NCBI GenBank assembly: GCA_964447495.1
Contig: CAYUTF010000056.1
Location: forward strand, 1 to 22,414
DNA length: 22,414 bases
Reading direction: 5' to 3'
From: an uncultured archaeon
Lineage (GTDB): Archaea; Asgardarchaeota; Lokiarchaeia; Sigyniarchaeales; SOKP01
Under the pieces are notes generated by a model. That model saw only the letters and a program-made list of their open reading frames with translations. It was not told where the DNA came from and searched no databases. Of this stretch, positions 17,392-22,414 are shown piece by piece; position 1 is the first letter of the stretch, and the number at the start of each line of letters is the position of its first letter. The position numbers and the translations under genes were made by a program.

Positions 17392-20300
17392 TTAATCCAA
17401 AATACTAAATTTTTTATCTTTATACTCAAATTTTCTTAAGAGATAACCTTTTTCGGCTAAAATATCTTTTACTTCTTCTTTTTCTCTACGTATTAATTTT
17501 ACACCTTTACATTTCTTGCAATAGTAATTATCTCCAGGTTCATCCTTGAAATACCATTTCTTACAATTCAAACAATTATATGCCGCATAAATAGTATCAT
17601 GCTCACAGACAGGACAAATATAATCAAATTTTTTAGATTCAAACCAAGATCCGCAATATTTACAATACAATGTTAAGGGTCTATCTTGTTTGTATTCAGA
17701 TTCAATTAATTCTATCCTTTTGATTACTTGATCTTTATCAATATCTTTTAATCTTAAATTTTCAGCATTATTATTTCTCGTCCGTTTAATCCATATTTTT
17801 CCTTTTTTCTCAGCAATAATATATAAAACAATAACTATTACTACGGCTCCAAATATAACTACTATCCATGGCCCCCATGTATGCCAGTTAATAAAACCAT
17901 TTTCCACAACAACCATGATTTGATGCTCTCCTCTATTACCTTCGCCATCAAATGCTACAACTTTAACTTCATAAGATCCATCCGTAGAATAAGTTGTATC
18001 CCATAGATAAGTTAAAATACCTGTTTCCGTATTATAATTATAGTTTTGGCTTGCTACTAATTTATCATTTAAATATAGGTAAATTCTTGAAGTGTCTATA
18101 TTACGATTGTCAGTTATAAGAGCTTCAATTTTAATCCCTGAATTAATTAATTCATCATTTAGAGGTTTAATGATTTGAACTTCAGGATTAATAAAATCCG
18201 TATTTTTATCAAATCCAACATAAATGTCTGATAATATCCATCCAGAACCTAATCCTAATAAGGGTGTATTATCATTTGAATACAAAGTAAACATAATCAT
18301 GGCAATTTTATTCTCGTATTTTGATAAATCTATACTCTCATTACCAGAGAGATTTTCATCATAATACAAATATTCTTTAAGAATTTCCCAATTTTTTCCA
18401 AAATCTAGTGAAATTGAGACCCTACAATAATCAAGTTCATTATCCTCAAGAGAATACTCATTTTGCAGGGAAATGTCATAGTAATACTGCAAATATACTT
18501 TATGGTCACTCTTTAACTGAATTGGGCGAGTTATTAATTTAGAATTCCACTCTTCTTGATATCCTTGATAAATTCCTCCATAACTTTGACCTAATCCTCC
18601 ATAAATATAAGTTTTCTTATATTCAGAGATTGTATGCCATGAATTCTCTCCTCCTAACCATATGGTTTGTTCTTCTGGAATAGGAGTACCCGCAACATAA
18701 AATTCTTGCGAAAGATAATTAGCAAAATGATAACCAACTAAAGTTGAATTAAGATAAGTGTTAAATTGAAGAGTATTAGGGTTTGAGATAGGGAATAAAT
18801 TCTCATTTTGATTGAACCATTCAGTTGTGTTTAGATACTTTCCATCATAGATATGGAATCTAAAAGTTTGATTAGTAAATTCGTGAATCACCAAAGAACG
18901 AAAAAATGTTACTCCTTTATTATTTGGTTCAATCGAACTGACGTTCCAATTTCCAAAGATATTGTTCATAGAATAATTATTTCCATTAATTTCAAGATAA
19001 ACGAATTCGGGATAATTTCCATCACTATCATAATAATCGCATGAAAATTTATACCTCGAATATAAAGAATTATCATATGAGGTGATATCTTTATCTAGAT
19101 TAAAAAATATCTGTGGTATATGATGATTTGAATAATTTTCTAAAGCAAAATAATCTAACATTAATCCTTTATAATTCACTGGGTCAAAATTATTATCTAA
19201 ATTTGCTATAAATCTAAATTGGATATAGTATCCTATATATTGAGTCAAATTGATACTTTCCATAAACCACTCTCTTTGTTCATTTGTATATGTTTTTAAA
19301 GTAATCCATCCTGTCCAATTCAGATTTATCTGTAAATATATGAAATCCCCTGTATTAATACTAGTTCTCAAACCAATTTTAGCAAAAGGGTGAGTTGTAT
19401 TTTTATTAATTCCAGTAAAATTAAATAATGGACTAAATAAAGTACCATTAGGGTATGAATCTTCAATACTATATGGTTGATAAGTATAATTTGAAGGATA
19501 GCTATGCTCTCTTCCGAAATAGAGTGAAGACCAATTATTATCATATACTCCTGATCTATTATCAATGGAATTGATTTGGTTAAGTAACCCCCATCCTGTT
19601 CCATTATAGTACCAACTTGCAAATCCATCATTAAAATTATGATTATAAGGAAAAGATTTACTATCTGTAGGAAATTCAATTTTTATCATAAATGTATTAG
19701 AGATAGGAAATCTAACATTATGAGCTCCATCACTTGCAGTAAAATAGTAATGATATTCGCCAGGTTTGAGAAACTCGATTAGGTTACTTCGAAATTGAGC
19801 ACCATCAGTATAATTATTATCTGGGGGAAATAATTGAGATAATGAATAATTCTTTGAGGTTTCAATGATATGGACAAGCACTTCTTGAGGAGGCACATTG
19901 GATACATCTGCATCAAAATAATCAATATAAAACCAATATCTGTCAATTGAATAATTTTTTAGAGGGTTATTACCGAAATATTCTTGTAAACTTATAATAG
20001 TCGAGTTCTTTGTGCCCCCAATATATCTAATCTCAGGAGTTCTTAGCTCGGGAATATAATAATTATTAACTACTGATACAGTAAGATTGAAATTGCTACT
20101 GCCTTCTATAGCTTTAACAACAAGAATACATTCAGTTTCGTTTTCTTGAGGAGTGTAATAAAATGTATCAAAATCGCCAAAAAATTTCTGGGTTGATTCC
20201 AATAAGATAGGTTCTCCATATTGATTTGATTCATTTGAAAAGAGAAACATATCAAAATCGCTATCTTGGTTTATATTTGATAAATTAAACTCATACTGTG

Positions 20301-22191
20301 TATTTGCAACTAAATGAATTTTTCTTGCAAATACATGCTTTCCTAGAGGATTAATTGATGAACTAACTAAATGATCATTTATTATAGTGTTTACTTCCAC
20401 ATTTCTTGTCAAAGCATCAATTGCTGCCTGAATGTTTAATCTGCCATATCCTTCATGTATATCCTTAAGTGAACTTGCAAATCCATTAAATATTGAAGGA
20501 GAGAAATCGCTCTCGTCTATGTCTGTTTGGGGATCATTTTCTCTCTCAAGATTTGTTTCGGAAGCAGTCATTAATAAGATTGCTTTCAGTATTTTTGACC
20601 ATTTTGACAAATCTTGAGCATTCCATCCATCCCAGTCACCCCATTTTGCTTCAATTAAGAGATTCATAGCTGCGGATACAATTGCAGCTGAAATCGAGCT
20701 CCCATGAAGAGTAGTAACTTCATCTGATTTATAATCTGCACTAATAATTGAGCGATGTCCTAAATTAAGACTCCCACCTGGGGCAACAATATCCGGTTTA
20801 GAAACGCCTCCTCCAATTTGCTCCCCCATACTACTATATGAGGCAATCTGGTCAATATCGTTTATTGATCCTACCACAATGCTATTCTTATTCATACTTA
20901 GCTTGTTAAGAGGGCTTGACCCTTTAATTCCATAATTCCCCGCAGCAATAACCACCAATATATTATTATTAATTACTTCATCAATTACTTTATTTATTCC
21001 TACATAATCATTTCCTAATGTTCCAATGCTTAAACATACAGCAATAATATGGTTTTTATTTCTGTTTTGTATAACTTCTGATAAAGCACTAATTAGATCG
21101 GAACTATATCCTATGCCTGATTGATTAATTATTTTATACGACAATATTTGAGTTCCATTAGCTATCCCTGTGAAATGATTAAAATTTTGAATCATGGTTT
21201 CAGGGAAAAAAGATAAACTCGCATTAAAAGAAAAGATTGGGATGACTTCACTTCTTTTATGATACTTTAATACAAGATCATAAATCCCACTATCTTCTAC
21301 TTTATATTGTAATTTTTGATTAATAAATGGATTAAGATGCAAGGTAGAGTTTACTAAAGTTGAGCCGTAATATAATTCAAACCACATTTTATCAATCTCA
21401 ATGCTATTGAAATTACAAATTGAGTTTAATTCAAATATGGAATCCACTTTAGAAAGATTCAATGAGAAGAGTTTAATTGAAAAATTTTGTGATTGGTATA
21501 TCTCATCAAATAAATTTAAGTGGGAATAGTTCCCGTATATATTTATTATCGAGGGATTAGTTGTATTATAAGATCTGGTGCCTGTTCCTGCAATCACTGA
21601 GGAAATATAGGTTCCATGACCATTATCATCAGAAATTGGATCATTATTAACAAAATTTTTCCATCCACTAACCTTTCCAACAAGAAAGTCATGATCTGGA
21701 TTTACTCCACTGTCTAATACTGCAATAGAGGCATTAGTATCCCCTTTGAAACCATTTAAGCTCCATGTCGAATTAGCAGCTGATGATTGGACCGTAGCAT
21801 AATTCATTTGGACCTCTAAGATTTCATCTTTTTCAATATTAACATTTGGGAATTGATTTTTATAATTTGAAATATTTTCAAGAGGAAATATTCCCGCAAA
21901 TCCTGAAAATTCATTAAATAGATCAAACCATTTTTCATTTCCATTGATTCTGCCTCCATAATATTCAAACCAATTTTCTGCATTTAAATCATATGTTGAA
22001 GAATTGAAATAAACAATAATTGAGTTAAATCCATTTTCTGCTGCATTTAGATTATCTATTTCATTAGGGTTTTTATATAAGGCAACTCTATCATTTATTT
22101 TGGATTCATATCTGAATAAATTGTATAACCCGATACCAGTAAAAAGAATAATAATTATAAAATAACTAATAATAAATGTTCTTTTATTCAT
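17392..22191 (-). CDS. Large membrane-anchored S8 (subtilisin-like) serine protease with Ig-like/jelly-roll domains, TM helix and C-terminal zinc-ribbon tail
   Basis: N-terminal hydrophobic signal; IAVLDSG (Asp), NGHGT (His), AAGN (oxyanion Asn), KPDIVAPG, HGSSIS (Ser), GYGRLN; WDTT...DGSYEVKVVAFD Ig-like domain; TM WIVVIFGAVVIVIVLYII; CKYC, CPVC, CLNC, CKKC. ATG at 22191 preferred over GTG at 22200. Confidence 0.88.
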   Translation of the reverse strand: MNKRTFIISYFIIIILFTGIGLYNLFRYESKINDRVALYKNPNEIDNLNAAENGFNSIIVYFNSSTYDLNAENWFEYYGGRINGNEKWFDLFNEFSGFAGIFPLENISNYKNQFPNVNIEKDEILEVQMNYATVQSSAANSTWSLNGFKGDTNASIAVLDSGVNPDHDFLVGKVSGWKNFVNNDPISDDNGHGTYISSVIAGTGTRSYNTTNPSIINIYGNYSHLNLFDEIYQSQNFSIKLFSLNLSKVDSIFELNSICNFNSIEIDKMWFELYYGSTLVNSTLHLNPFINQKLQYKVEDSGIYDLVLKYHKRSEVIPIFSFNASLSFFPETMIQNFNHFTGIANGTQILSYKIINQSGIGYSSDLISALSEVIQNRNKNHIIAVCLSIGTLGNDYVGINKVIDEVINNNILVVIAAGNYGIKGSSPLNKLSMNKNSIVVGSINDIDQIASYSSMGEQIGGGVSKPDIVAPGGSLNLGHRSIISADYKSDEVTTLHGSSISAAIVSAAMNLLIEAKWGDWDGWNAQDLSKWSKILKAILLMTASETNLERENDPQTDIDESDFSPSIFNGFASSLKDIHEGYGRLNIQAAIDALTRNVEVNTIINDHLVSSSINPLGKHVFARKIHLVANTQYEFNLSNINQDSDFDMFLFSNESNQYGEPILLESTQKFFGDFDTFYYTPQENETECILVVKAIEGSSNFNLTVSVVNNYYIPELRTPEIRYIGGTKNSTIISLQEYFGNNPLKNYSIDRYWFYIDYFDADVSNVPPQEVLVHIIETSKNYSLSQLFPPDNNYTDGAQFRSNLIEFLKPGEYHYYFTASDGAHNVRFPISNTFMIKIEFPTDSKSFPYNHNFNDGFASWYYNGTGWGLLNQINSIDNRSGVYDNNWSSLYFGREHSYPSNYTYQPYSIEDSYPNGTLFSPLFNFTGINKNTTHPFAKIGLRTSINTGDFIYLQINLNWTGWITLKTYTNEQREWFMESINLTQYIGYYIQFRFIANLDNNFDPVNYKGLMLDYFALENYSNHHIPQIFFNLDKDITSYDNSLYSRYKFSCDYYDSDGNYPEFVYLEINGNNYSMNNIFGNWNVSSIEPNNKGVTFFRSLVIHEFTNQTFRFHIYDGKYLNTTEWFNQNENLFPISNPNTLQFNTYLNSTLVGYHFANYLSQEFYVAGTPIPEEQTIWLGGENSWHTISEYKKTYIYGGLGQSYGGIYQGYQEEWNSKLITRPIQLKSDHKVYLQYYYDISLQNEYSLEDNELDYCRVSISLDFGKNWEILKEYLYYDENLSGNESIDLSKYENKIAMIMFTLYSNDNTPLLGLGSGWILSDIYVGFDKNTDFINPEVQIIKPLNDELINSGIKIEALITDNRNIDTSRIYLYLNDKLVASQNYNYNTETGILTYLWDTTYSTDGSYEVKVVAFDGEGNRGEHQIMVVVENGFINWHTWGPWIVVIFGAVVIVIVLYIIAEKKGKIWIKRTRNNNAENLRLKDIDKDQVIKRIELIESEYKQDRPLTLYCKYCGSWFESKKFDYICPVCEHDTIYAAYNCLNCKKWYFKDEPGDNYYCKKCKGVKLIRREKEEVKDILAEKGYLLRKFEYKDKKFSILD

Positions 22192-22414
22192 CTGATTCAC
22201 CTAGGTTTTGTTTTGGAATTTCCTTTAAATTAGAGAAATGTATTTTAGTATCTTCAGAAATTGATTTAAAGTAGTCTATTATTGTGTTTTCAATTTTAAG
22301 AATAGAAGCACTAGACTCAGCACTAAATAGAAACATTTCACTACGTTGCCGATTATGTTTCTTTGAGTTATATTTATTTTTGTGCCAAAGAAAACCTATC
22401 AAAACTAGACCCAC
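22184..22414 (-). CDS. C-terminal end of a hypothetical protein that starts beyond the window
   Basis: Open to the window edge; its TAA overlaps the protease start in ATGAATAA, a typical coupled-gene arrangement; begins with a hydrophobic stretch (GLVLIGFLW). Confidence 0.5.
   Translation of the reverse strand: MGLVLIGFLWHKNKYNSKKHNRQRSEMFLFSAESSASILKIENTIIDYFKSISEDTKIHFSNLKEIPKQNLGESDE

Noticed and set aside
17367-17429. Extended permease N-terminus from TTG 17429
   Set aside because: Overlaps the 3' end of the protease gene; ATG 17366 gives a clean 25-bp gap.
2732-20617. Short ORFs nested in or antisense to larger genes (2732, 4585, 4946, 6469, 9117, 11138, 13398, 13947, 15847, 16312, 17197, 18853, 19368, 20432)
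   Set aside because: All overlap well-supported CDSs almost entirely and show no family motifs.
1-22414. CRISPR array, tRNA/rRNA, integrase or transposase
   Set aside because: No regularly spaced repeats, no GC-rich structural-RNA island in the intergenic regions, and no recombinase or transposase motifs in any ORF.

Overview
Very AT-rich, gene-dense archaeal DNA. Archaeal ribosomal genes uS15 and eS1, an archaeal-type GlmU, a histone-fold gene and two longin/roadblock-like genes point to an Asgard archaeon, probably Lokiarchaeia-like (inference). About 17 CDSs in order: partial alkaline-phosphatase-superfamily protein, NikR with a His-rich insertion, a short alpha3-truncated histone, GHMP sugar kinase, longin+roadblock fusion, tandem GNAT, rubrerythrin, radical SAM enzyme, Sir2 deacylase, tandem longin-like protein, GlmU-like nucleotidyltransferase, AidB-like acyl-CoA dehydrogenase, rps3ae, rps15, RdgB/HAM1 pyrophosphatase, a MacB/FtsX-type ABC permease, a ~1600-aa membrane-anchored S8 protease with a cytoplasmic four-CxxC tail, and a partial upstream ORF. 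No rRNA, tRNA, CRISPR array or transposase was seen. Most interesting: the receptor-like subtilase plus permease unit, the two longin-family proteins, the unusual histone, the His-rich NikR, and a recurring intergenic (G)AGTCACAC motif. All calls come from motif recognition by eye; no database search was run.
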